Under the pieces are notes generated by a model that ran no database searches, had not been told where the DNA came from, and saw only the letters and a list, made by a program, of their open reading frames with translations. Made by a program: the position numbers and the translations under genes. DNA of 63,729 bases, the filler included, from Ministeria vibrans ATCC 50519 (Eukaryota > Protista > Filasterea), in the NCBI GenBank assembly GCA_943704425.1. It is 4 parts of 4 records of this genome, joined end to end, with 100 filler letters (N's around TTAATTAATTAA, not from the genome) between each part and the next. Parts side by side here need not be neighbours in the genome. Positions count along the whole stretch, not along the records: positions 42,700 to 62,342 come from CALSCP010000636.1; 3 more parts are not named here. The stretch is one strand, 5' to 3'. Numbering within the stretch: the first letter of the stretch is position 1; each line of letters opens with the position of its first letter. Positions 43,834 through 55,476 of the stretch are shown one piece after another.

Positions 43834-44417
43834 AAATAAGTTGTTATTCATTTTCTATGGCGGAAACATTGTATTTATAATAATAAGTTAATATTCATTA
43901 TAATAATAATTGTTTTAACAAATAATTAATATTATTTTTCTTTATTATTATTGTTTCAATTATTACTCTCCTTCTTCTTCGATTATTGGGGTGAAAAATT
44001 GGTGCACAAAAACTATTACCTCAAGAAGTATAAAACGGAAGGCTATGAGCAACGGGTGTACGTGTGCATGGTACCGGTGCATGATGTGGGCAAGAGGAGA
44101 GCGGTGTATGATGTGGGCGAGAGGAGAGCGGTGTATTACGATCGAAACCTGGAATTTGATCTCCGATATTCGATATCGCTTCAATCGTTCTCGCACGAGA
44201 CTTAGCCCCTTGTACAATGCACTATGTTATATGTATAAAAAAAAAAGCAATTCTGACCAAGGAAGCCAACCTTTTTTGAGCGGCCGGTGTTGAGTGAAAT
44301 ACTAATAATATAATTATTCAAATTGACAAGACGTACGAATTTATCGTGCAGAGTAATCTCCGAGTGTAATCTTTAAAATAAATTTTATTTTTTCTTCTCT
44401 TTGGCAGAGCACATCCA

Positions 44418-45524
44418 ATGAGCCGAAATGAGAATGGAAGCCAGCAACAAAGCACAATAGGGCACACTCCCAAGGAAGCGAGCGTTCAAGAGCAGGCGAT
44501 GGGCGCAATGTTTTACGGGAGTGCTTCGCTGCTTATCATTTTTGTGAACAAGCTGGTTCTCACCTCTTGGCACTTTCCGTCGTTCACCTTCCTTGCCCTG
44601 AGCCAGTTCCTCTGCACCATCATCATCCTTGGCGTTCTGCGCATGCTTGGCTACGTGAACTTTCCGCACATGTCTTTGAATACGGTCCGTCAAGTCTTTC
44701 CTCTGCCGCTCATATTCGCCCTCAACACCGTCGTCGGCCTCGGCGGCACCAAACACCTCAATCTCCCCATGTTCACGGTGCTTCGTCGCTTCACCATTGT
44801 CTTCACCATGATCGCCGAGTACTTCATTCTCGGGCGGCAGTCCTCGGGGCGTGTCCAGCTCAGCGTCCTCCTGCTCATCGTCGGCGCTCTGGTGGCCGCC
44901 GCAGACGATCTCAGCTTCCAAGCGCTCGGCTACACCCTCGTCTTTGTCAACAACATTCTCTCGGCCATCAACTGTGTCGTCATGAAGCAAAAGCTCGTCT
45001 CACGCCAGTCGCTCGGCACCTTTGGCATTCTCTTCTACAACTCGCTGCTCTCCTTCCCCTTTGCACTTGCTGTCTTTCTCATGCGCTCCGACGCCAAATC
45101 CCTCTCCGCCATCGCCAACTTCCCCAACTGGACCAACCCCGTCTTCCTCCTTCTCTTTATTCTCGCGTCCGTCATGGGCTGCATTCTCAACTTCTCCATC
45201 ATTTACTGCACCAAAGTCAACTCGGCGCTCACCACCATGATTGTGGGCTCCCTCAAGAATGTCCTCTCCACCTACGCCGGCCTCTTCCTCGGCGGCGACT
45301 ACCTCTTCACCATTCAAAACTTTGTCGGCCTCAACCTCTCCATCACCGGCTCCATCTACTACTCGTACATCACCTTCTATGACGAACAGGCGCGCAAACA
45401 ACAAGCGCAAATTGCCGTGCAGCAAGAGAAGGAGAAGCTCAACGACTCCCTGCCCATGCTGTCCGTCAAGGGCGAATCAAACGCCTCGTCAAGATTCCCC
45501 AGCGGCGCCAGTGGGACAGTCTAA
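44418..45524 (+). CDS. UDP-sugar transporter, SLC35D family (intronless)
   Basis: IIFVNKLVLTSWHFPS, FPLPL, GLGGTKHLNLPMFTVLRRF, LVAAADDLSF, GILFYNSL, NSALTTMIVGSLKN, LFLGGDYLF. Confidence 0.93.
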   Translation: MSRNENGSQQQSTIGHTPKEASVQEQAMGAMFYGSASLLIIFVNKLVLTSWHFPSFTFLALSQFLCTIIILGVLRMLGYVNFPHMSLNTVRQVFPLPLIFALNTVVGLGGTKHLNLPMFTVLRRFTIVFTMIAEYFILGRQSSGRVQLSVLLLIVGALVAAADDLSFQALGYTLVFVNNILSAINCVVMKQKLVSRQSLGTFGILFYNSLLSFPFALAVFLMRSDAKSLSAIANFPNWTNPVFLLLFILASVMGCILNFSIIYCTKVNSALTTMIVGSLKNVLSTYAGLFLGGDYLFTIQNFVGLNLSITGSIYYSYITFYDEQARKQQAQIAVQQEKEKLNDSLPMLSVKGESNASSRFPSGASGTV

Positions 45525-46823
45525 TTTTAACAATAAACCAAACAAACAGAAACACAGAGAGAAGGAAGGAAACAAACACAAAACTCATGAAAAGTGCAGA
45601 GCGCAAAGATGGAGACAGCAGATCAAAGACTAAAGCCAAAACAAACGTATACGTAATCGTCCCTGCCAGACAGAGAAATAATAATAATACTAATATATAA
45701 ATCCCCAATTTGTTTTGCAATGGCGTATATACAATATTCGTAAAAACGAGCGGATTCATATTAACTTGATGTGTGTTGTTCACCAAGAGTGCAAGCTTCC
45801 TAATGCTTACGATATTCCAATCTGCGGTGTCATGATTGTTGTGCTCTCTACATGGTGGCTGAAGCGTGCGCAATGGCGTAGGCGTTCAAAGTACATTAGA
45901 GAACTTTGAAGGGAATGAGACAATAAAAATGAAATTATATTGTATTGCAAAAAAACAAAAAACAAAGTGGAAAATGGCTTCACGCTCTCTCTTTCTCTCT
46001 CTCCGTAGTAATAACTTCAATGCGTCTCCTTGTCAGTGCCGTTTGCATCAGCATCAGGAGCAGCAGCAGCAGCAGCACCCTCCTCGGGAGTGGTCTCAGG
46101 CGTTGGCCGCGGTGCTGTCTTGACCACAGGTCTCTAAATATCACAAAAACACAAAGAAGAGCAGAATTAAACACAAGCACAATCGCACACAAACGAATCA
46201 ACGCCGTCGTGGCATGTNNNNNNNNNTCGGTCACGTTGCTAAATCGCTGCGCATCGCGCATCAATGCAAGTTCCCTCATCATGCCCAAACTGTGTAACGA
46301 GCTCTTGCGAGTCGCGTTTGGGACTGAAAATGTTTTTCGTCTAATCGGCGTTAGGCGAACGCAGCGCTGCGTGGGCTCTGTTTTGCAGGGCCGTCACGCT
46401 TCACCGTGTCCAATCTAATGCTTCAAGTCGTTCTTTTTAAAGTGTTTTTTGCTTTAGATTTCTCCTGGAAGAGTTCTTTTCACTCTCCCCATGAAGAAGG
46501 CCAGGGGTTGTGGAGGGTGTGCGTGTTGTGTTGCGTGTTTGTTTGTAAGGGAAAGGATTGAAAGAAAAATTGTACAAGTCACATGTTGAGATATGGGAAT
46601 GGCTTTGGATTGAGTGTGCCGTGGCAAAGGATGGCGTTTGAGGGTTGGTGTCCGTGGGTGTGTTTGATGGGAGGTAATGTCGCGTGTGAGATCAGTGGTT
46701 TTGGGTGTATTGGGGATTCTGGCATGTGGTGTGAGGTGATCAATTGGAGTACTAGTTAATCAAAAAAAAATGTGTTCTTATCACTTATCAGTCTTCTTAC
46801 TTCTTCTTCTCTGAAATATTCTT

Positions 46824-46993
46824 ATGCTGCACAGCTTAACCCCCGTGCTTACTCCAATTGTATTTGCACTATCTTTGGCATCTGTTGCCGGCAACGGGTG
46901 GGTGACCGCATCCAACGTGTACGCTGGTCTCTGGAAGGTACTGCACATGTACAACCCAAGTTCAATAATAATCACTTCTCTCTCTCGCTCTTT

Positions 46994-47025
<32 letters not shown>

Positions 47026-47499
47026 GTCATCGCTTCGCCAGGTGTGCTCCAAGCCCACCAGCATCTGCGCTGTGTACGGGAGCGTGCCAAACTGGCTCCA
47101 GGCTGTCCAGGCGTTCAGCATTCTGACGGTCATTTTCGCTTTTCTGTTGCTGTTCCTCTCGTTCTCTCTGCTCGGTACCACATCAACACACAGACAATCG
47201 GGCTCATCTGATGATTCTCTTTGATTGGCCCCTCCCCTCCTGAAGGCAAACCCTCGACACGCGCATACAACCAGACGTTCTTCGCGGCGAGCGCAACGGC
47301 CCTGTGTTCGTTCACGGCCGTCGCTGTCTTCACCGGCGAATACGACACACACGCCACTCCGCCCCAGGGCACATTGGGCTGGGCATACGGGCTTCAATGG
47401 GTGACGGCTGCAGGTGCGCTCATTGTCGCCATCTCCAATCTGACGCTGGCGCATCTTCTTGACGCAAAGGCGGGAACGGACACGGACACAATTGTGTGA
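46824..47499 (+). CDS. PMP22/EMP/claudin superfamily tetraspan protein (3 exons)
   Basis: TM1, then W...GLWK|VC...C signature, WLQAVQAFSILTVIF (cf. PMP22 WLQSVQATMILSIIF), TM3 AVAVFT, LGWAYGLQW TM4; ends DTIV*. Confidence 0.82.
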
Positions 47500-47653
47500 T
47501 TCTCTCTCTCTCGGTTGTTATAGTAATAGTAGTAATAAGACGTAATCATAATACTCACACAATTCTTTGATTCTCTCTTGTTGCGTGCAATGATCGTAAT
47601 AGTAGCAATAATAATAATGAGAATAGGTTTAATGAAATTATTATGCGTATGTC

Positions 47654-48563
47654 TTACACGGCAGTGACTTCAGTGAGGTCCCCCAGTCCACTGTTTGAGC
47701 GGCTCTTGCGCCCTTCGCTCTTGAGCGTCGCCACAATAATCGGATGCACTCCCTTTCGCGCATAGTCCAACGCCGTCTTCTTTGATTTTGAGGTGAGGCT
47801 TACGTCGGCACCCGCCTTGATCAGCTCTTGCACAATGCTCGGCTGAAAGGCAAAGCACAAGCGTATTAGACTATTCGTGTGGCAGAATACATGCAGTCCA
47901 TGCCAATAATGTCAAGTACAACAGTGACAACAACACAAGACATGACCTGATTACACAGCCAGAACTCCGTTTGTAAATACCCAAAACAATAATAATAATA
48001 AAAATCTGCGACCGTTTTTATGGTCGATTCAAACGCGAGAAATTTATGAGTAAACGCACGAAAATCACGCTTGAATGGATGCGTACTTATAGTACAAGCG
48101 TGTTCGCCCCAGCGACTGGGATGAATCAGGCGCGGCAAGTCGCTCAGTGTGTGACGTTCACTGTCGACCTAACGTTTTCTTTTAGCGAACACCCAAAAAG
48201 AACGCACACGCTCCCTCTCGTCGAGCAACCAGCCTCAATGTACCACCGCGTGGTTCACGTAGGCCAGACGAGGCAACGGAAGGCGCAGCATGGTCGCGCC
48301 GCAACGCAAACAAACACACTCGTCACCCACCTCCTTTCCATAATACGACGCCCACATGAGCGGCGTCCGGTCGCTCATGGAGTCTCTGTCGTTGACAACC
48401 TACACCGCAGAGCAAGGTCAGACGCCCCCCAACTGAGACCACAACGAGATCTGCTTACCTTGCGACCCTCCGCCGTCTCCAGCATTGCCGTCACTTTCTC
48501 AAGATCGCCGATGCCGCAATACCCGCACAGCGTGTCGATCGTGGATCGCTGCGGCTGAGCCAT
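47654..48563 (-). CDS. Small ankyrin-repeat protein (multi-exon)
   Basis: GIGDLEKVTAMLE, RTPLMWASYYGK, IVQELIKAGADVSLTSKSKKTALDYARKG. Confidence 0.75.
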
Positions 48564-48842
48564 TCCAAAAATAAAAATATAATTTAAAGAGAATTTGAGA
48601 CAGATAAGAAAGGAAGAAAAAGAAAAGGAGCAGAAGGAATTTGTATTACTTTTTTTCAGTATTAAATTTTACTTTATCGGAAGAAAAAGGGTTGTACGTA
48701 AAATGTTGGTATAAAGAAAAGAAAACGTGTCTTTTTTAGCAATTCTCTCTCACTCTTCTCTCTCTCACACACACACACACTCACTCACTCACACACTCCT
48801 CTCTCCATTTTTTCACTCTCTATTCAAAGAAAGGGAGGGGAC

Positions 48843-49070
48843 TCAAAGACGACCGACACGGCCGCTCTCGCGTTCAAACCAGCGAGCCTGGCGCTCCTTC
48901 TCAGCCTTGTCCTCATCAATCTTGTCCACCTGCTCAAAGCGCTCGACAAGCTTATCAACGGACGCCTGCACCGCCGCCAGCGCGGTCGACATCGCATCGT
49001 CCGTCTGCGCAAGCGACAGCGCTCGGTTCAGAGGGAAAAACTCGGCTGCTTCACCCGCACCCGCCTTCCG

Positions 49071-49110
<40 letters not shown>

Positions 49111-50891
49111 GGCACAGTGATGTCAATGGGTATTGATTTTGCTTGTGTATATAGAGTGTGAGTACCTTTGCTTGCACATACGCTTCGTTGGCATTGTACT
49201 CTGTGCTGGACTTATTGTCCAAGTACACAAAGTAGAACAAGTAGTTCCACATTGAGTGTTCCTATCACATCATAATCATATTGTTATGCTTTTTGCCGGG
49301 AGGAAACCAATAAAGACTCTTACGCGTTTCGTGTGGTACTTGAAACCCTTTCCAATGCGGTCAAAATCGTATGCTTTGAGTGAGCAGATAGTGCACGAGC
49401 CCTCCATATCCTCAGTGGCCGCCCACTTCTCGTCACGCAGCTGGCTGCAGAAATAGAGGTGGTCGCGTGAGATACAGAGTGAAACACAGACAGAGGCAGT
49501 GAGTGAGATAGTGAGTGACGCAAAACGAGCGATACAAGTACAGTGTGAGGCAAAAGGAACACACAGTAAGTAAAACGAGGCACGCAGCGAGTAATATAAT
49601 AGACAATGAATGAGACAGTGAGTGAGAGACAATGAGTGACACAGAGTGACGCAAAAAGTGATGCACAGTAAGTGGGCGAGGCAGAGCAAGACACGGAGAG
49701 AGTAAATTTTACACACACATACCTGAACGAATCGACAATGATACCAAAGACAATGTTGAGCATAATGATGGTCACAATGAGATAGAAGGTAATGTCGAAA
49801 ATGGCATGAACAGCAGCAGCATCAAACCCAAAGTAGTCCGGGAGAAGAACTAAAATATGAAATTCAGTCAGTCAACAGTCAGTTATGTCTCATTCTTTTC
49901 ACATACTCTTACACACACAGAGACAGACAAGACATACACACTCACACAGACATACACACTCACACAGACAGATTGACACTTACCGTCTCCCAAACCACCA
50001 CCTGCGCGCAATCCCTGATTGAGCGACGTCACAAAGCACTGCCACAGTGTGTCACAGTAGAGCCCATCTAAAAGACAGATCTCATGAGACTCTTTTTCTC
50101 TCCGGTCTATCGTTTTCGCTGACCTGCGTGAACAAACTCTTTGCGGAGATACACAAACGCAGCAACGGAGTAAATGTAAATGATGGAAAAGCCCAACGCA
50201 GCCACCCACAACAGACTCTTTCCGTTCTTAGTCACAGCCTAAAACACACCGAAAATCAGTACTCACATTGACACGCACTCACTCACTCTCCTCTTCTCTC
50301 TTACTTGAATGACTCGCTGAAGAAGATCGTTGCGCACAATCTGATGGAGGAGATGCAGCGAGAAGAAGTAGCCGTGAAGAACAATGCCAAGCACAGAGAA
50401 GACACACAAGGCGACGTAGTATAGGATATCGCCGCGAATATAGCGCAGGGAGAAGACAAACATCAGCTTGTCGACGCACCAGTTGACAATGCGCGTCAGG
50501 AAGAACACCTTCTGGGCAAACTGGGTCTCTTCGGGCTCAGGCAGATTGGGAGGTACATCAAGCGCAACTTGAATCAGTGAAATGACGGAGAAGAGCAAAT
50601 GGGCGGCACCCAGCCCATAGATGGCAGAGGGAACCCAGTCGGGTGTCACAGGCGTGTGGTCATCATAGTTGACCGGCGCAACGTACGTCGCAAGCATAAT
50701 AATGTTCAGAATGATGGTCAGCAGAAGCACCATTTGACGCCACAGATCGGCGCCACGCGAGAAGAACCCCGTAATGGGGTTCGACTGGAGCCACTCTTGG
50801 TGCTTCATCTCGTTCAGCAGAATTTCGCTCTTGTCTAGGAAATCGCGCACCTAACAAAAAGAACACACATGTCAAAAATTCGCTATGACAA

Positions 50892-50926
<35 letters not shown>

Positions 50927-53900
50927 CATATTATAATAATAATATTATTATTATTAAAATAATTTATTATTATTATTATTATTATTATTATAATTATATA
51001 ATTATAATAATTATTATATATTATATTCATGCATTCTCCCTCCTCTCTCATACACACTGAATCACACACTCAAACGGTACCTTGTCGGAGGGAGAGGCAC
51101 GATCAAGACTCCAGAGAAGCCAGTCCTTCATGCGCCCGTTAAGAGCGGACGTGTTGCGCAGTGGAAAGTAAACCTTCTGAAGGGATCCCTCACGCAAAAT
51201 TTCAATACTGCCCACGCGCTTGTCGAAGTAGCGGTATTCGCTAGGGAGTTGACTAAAGTCAATGCTGAGGAATGCCTTGTGCGCCTGCGCCTGGTTGATA
51301 CTCGTGTGTGCCTTGCGCAAGTGATCTTCCGCCGCCTGCAGTGACAGCGCAGGTCGCTTGGGACCGCCACGCAGACGTTCACTCTTGGCACGCGCGCGGT
51401 CAGACGCTGACTGCGGTCGCTGGCTCATGTCAATACCCTTGTCTTCGCCCACAAAGTCTTGCATGCGCTGCAGCACAAAAAACATGCTGAAGCCTGTCTC
51501 AATCGGATCCATCTGCGCCTCCTCGTCGTCGTCGGGTGTCTGCTCCGCCTTCAAAATCGCCTGCACCTCCGCATCGTCACTGCGTCCCACCGGCGGATGC
51601 GGCGCAAACTCGCCCACCTCATACCCGAGTAGCGCACGTAGCTCATGCTCATGGTAGTAACGCGTCATGTTATCGTGCACCGCAGCCAAGTCAAGCGACG
51701 CATACAGCTCGTGTGCCATCGCACGGCACCGTGGACTGTTGTCCTCCACCATCGAAAAGATCAGTTGCGCCGACGCTCGCTTCAAGTGCGACACCTTCGA
51801 AATAGAGACTCCCTTGAATGCATTCTGTCGCAGAATCTATACAAAAAAAGTTCTATGTCAACACCGCTTTCTACTTTGTGTCTCCTTCTGTACCTGATTG
51901 ACAATGTCGACAATCTGCGCATCAAAAATGGTCTCTTGGTTCGCCTCATTGCCACTTGCAAACTCAATCAGTGTCTCCAAGACCTACAAGTGAAGGGAGT
52001 AACAAAATGAGTTGTTCGTTCTCTCTCTCTATCACTTTGTTTCTTTCTCCCTCCTTTCTGTATCACTTTGTTTCTTTCTCCCTCCTTTCTCTCTCTCTCT
52101 CTCTCCCTCTCCCTCTCTCTATCACTTTGTTTCTTTCTCCCTCCTTTCTCTCTCTCTCTCTACCATTTGTTACTTCCCCTCCCACTCTCTCTATCGCTTT
52201 GTTTCTTTGTCCTTTCTTCCTCTCCCTCCCTCTCATTCCTACCTGAATGCACAAGTCAATGTTTGAGGCGTTGATGTTCGTGTGGATGACTGCCAAGTAG
52301 AACACAGTGTCTTGCACAAGATTGATGCGCTTAAAGTTGTCCTCTTGGTCGCGCAGATAGTCCTTCAAAGTCTACAAAACGCATTCACAGAATCAGTCGC
52401 CACTCCATTTTCCCACACCTCGTATCTCTTTGTTTATTTCTCCTCTGACTCTCGTTATTACCTGGTTCTGACCCTCGCAAAGAAGCTGGAGCAGTCGCAG
52501 CACCGTCTCAATGTATCCATCATCGGCAATGTCAAAGCCATCGTCTTCAGCGGCTGCAGACGCCACCGATCCCTTCTTCTTCTTCTTCTTCTTCGCGCCG
52601 CCCAACTGCAACACAGCGTCCGGATCGCCCATGCTCGAGTCACGCATCCGACGCATCTCAATGGTTTCCATAGTGTCGTTGCTCGCAATACCCACACGCT
52701 TGCTCATACGGGCATTGCTACTCTTGCTGCTCTTGCGTGACGACGTCATGAGCATCTCGCCGCCGTCCTCGTCATCATCGTCGTCTTGGCCATTGTTTGC
52801 GTGCATGTCTGCCATGACGGTATCTCGTTCACGCTTTACACGCAAAAAGAGATCACGCAAAGCCTGACGTTCCTTGATCGACATGCGCGAGCGGGTGATA
52901 CGGTCGCGAATGTCGTTGAAGAATCGCTCTTCGCGTGTGTTGAGGAAGTAGTCCGAAAAGGTCGCTTGCACCGCCTGGTTTCCACCCTGAAGCAAAGCCA
53001 CTAGCAACAGAAGCGCCTCGCGCACTACGTCGTTGTTGGTCGACGAGAGAAACTCGATGACAACGCGTGTCGCACCAAAGTCGTTCAAACGCGTCTGCAC
53101 AAACTTCAGCGCCTTCACCTTATCCTCCTCGGTAAACTTCCTCTCGTCACACACTCGACCATTCTCATTGGCCACCATGGCGCGCAGCACCTGCATAGTC
53201 TTGATGCCCAACCGGTCCGCACGCACACGCTCCTTCTCTTGGGAGTACGTCATCGAGAGCGAGTTCCTCAGCGTCTGCACCAGCTTGGCGGAGTTTGGCA
53301 TCACCTGCACCAGCGCGCCGTAGTGACGCCCAGGCGGGATTTCCCCACCCATTAGAGGCAGGTGCATGTGCGTCGGCATAAGACGACGCGTCTCTTCGTG
53401 GTACACGACAAACTCGCGCACAAGATACTGAAACTCGTCGGAGCGTGGCAGCGAGTCGCGATAGTCGTACACAACGTTCTCAATGGGCGCATACGACAGA
53501 CGGAGATTCTCGACAAATTTGTTGAGGTCACGGTTGAGTTTAAGCTCGCGCTCGTACTGCTTCTCGTACTTGACCATCACGGGCGACATGTGACTGGCGC
53601 TGGCGCTGCTCGTGGTCGCTGCAATGGCACGCACACGGGCCTTGGTTGTGGGATCGCCACTGTCACAGCGCGCACTCACCACCACGAGCGCCTGCGCAAG
53701 CAACTCCACCTCCTCGGCGTCGTCAATAAAGCTTTCACACACCTCGGCGAGTGTCACTAGTGGCGACAAAAGCTCAGCAAAGACAAGTTGCAACTCGTTG
53801 GGAATGTCGGCGGGGTTGCGCAACACTCGCTTGCAAAAGTGCACGAGGAACGGCGAGAGACCCTCGACAACAAAGTTGAAGTCGGCCTCAACGTCGCCGC

Positions 53901-55422
53901 CCGACGAACCACTGCCGTCAGCCAAAACGGACGAGCCACGCGCCGAGTGTGACACCTCGTTGAGCACACTGCGCTGGCGCTTCACCTTGCCACCCGTGCG
54001 CTTCGCTTCCTGGTTGCGCTCGTCAATGTTGAGAGCAAGACGGCGCACGAATGGGACGCATTCCGCAAGGAATGCGCTGATGCGGCGGTCAGACGCCAAG
54101 TCACCGAGACCCAGCTCGACGAGCGAGCCCGACGACGAGACAAACACCCACAGGAAGAAGCGCAGGTAGGGACGACGGCGTGCCATGGGAATGTGCTTGT
54201 CAAGGAGCACCTGAAAGAGCTCGTCAACATCAAAAATGGTCTGGCACACGCTCTCAATAAAGCGATTCTCATCTTCGGCACACGTCGAGAAAAGGTCCAC
54301 AAGCGGCAAGTGGTACAGCAGATCACTGGTGATGGAGCGGTCGCGCAGCATCTCCAAGCGCTCCTCGTTCTCCTCGTTGGACACCTTGAGAATCACGCGC
54401 TTGCGGTACTGCATCATGTACTTGACAACAAAATTCTGGTTGCGCTTGAGCGGCAAGTTGAGCTCTTCGATCTTGACAATGGCCGTGAGCAACTCGAGAA
54501 ACTGCGGCAACTGAAATTCGGCAAGAAGACGCACCACCTGGTGGACATGTGATTCGCGCACCTTGAGACACATGTCGCGGTTCGAAGTGAAGATCTCGGC
54601 GACGCACAGAGCCATGGCACGCTCCGTGCCGCGATGGGCCAGCAGCATGTCAAGGCGGTGGAATAGACGCTCCTGCACCGGGGCGTTCTTGCGCGCAAGA
54701 CGTTGCATGAGACGGAACGCGAGTCCGTTGATCTTGGCCATGTTAGCGTACTCGACTTGGCGAAGGTCAATGTTGATCGCCACAAGATCAAGAAGATCGT
54801 CGAGTAGACCCGTGTTCACAAGGATCACCTGGTTCATCGTGTGCGGCTCGGAGGCGTCATCCTCAAGCACGGCAAACGCCGACAGCTCCTCGAGCATGCC
54901 CATCACCTCTACCTCTTGCTTCTGGTTGAGTTTGGCGTTCATGAGACGACGCAGACGCGACGCGTACTGCTCAGCTGTCGTGCGCACGCGGATACTCGTG
55001 TCCATAACAAGCACCTGAGCGCGCACCGCCTGCTCAAAAAGATCCGCATGTTGCGAGTGCACACGGTCGAGCAAATCAAGCGCACCGTTGACCATCTCGT
55101 CAAAGTCGTAGCGGCTCAGATCGTGCAGCAGTGTCGTCACTTGCGTACCGTCCGACGAGCGATCGAGATAGTCGGTGCGACCAAAGAGATACTGCAAGTA
55201 GTCAACCGCTTCCTTCTTGTTCACTGGGCCCCGTACAAGACGCGCCAGTGTCGACAGGTCGGGACCACTCGTGTTGCGCAGTCGTCGACCAATGTTAAGA
55301 GGATTGAAAATGCTCGAGTCGGGACGGGCCGTCGACGGCGCCTCCTCCACCATCGTCTTGTAGTCAAATAGGAACTGCTGCATGCGCACGTTAAAGCGGA
55401 AGTTCATCAGCAAGTGGAACAC
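48843..55422 (-). CDS. IP3 receptor/ryanodine-family Ca2+ channel, C-terminal two-thirds (second RIH, RIH-associated, ion-transport, Zn-finger linker); no IP3-binding N-terminus at this locus
   Basis: LLYHLPLVDLFSTCAEDEN; LRLLQLLCEGQN...DYLRDQ; pore QGLRAGGGLGD; IIMLNIVFGIIVDSF|SQLRDEK...CTICSL...EHSMWNYLFYFVYL...TEY; FFPLNRALSL. Confidence 0.93.
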
Positions 55423-55460
<38 letters not shown>

Positions 55461-55476
55461 AACAACAACGGCTTAC

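Noticed and set aside
44082-44137. 27-nt tandem duplication in an intergenic region
   Set aside because: Only two copies and no spacers; not CRISPR-like and no evident function
45945-46730. Possible small minus-strand gene (a frame reading PVVKTAPRPTPETTPEEGAAAAAAP...)
   Set aside because: Could not build a consistent exon chain, and an N gap interrupts it
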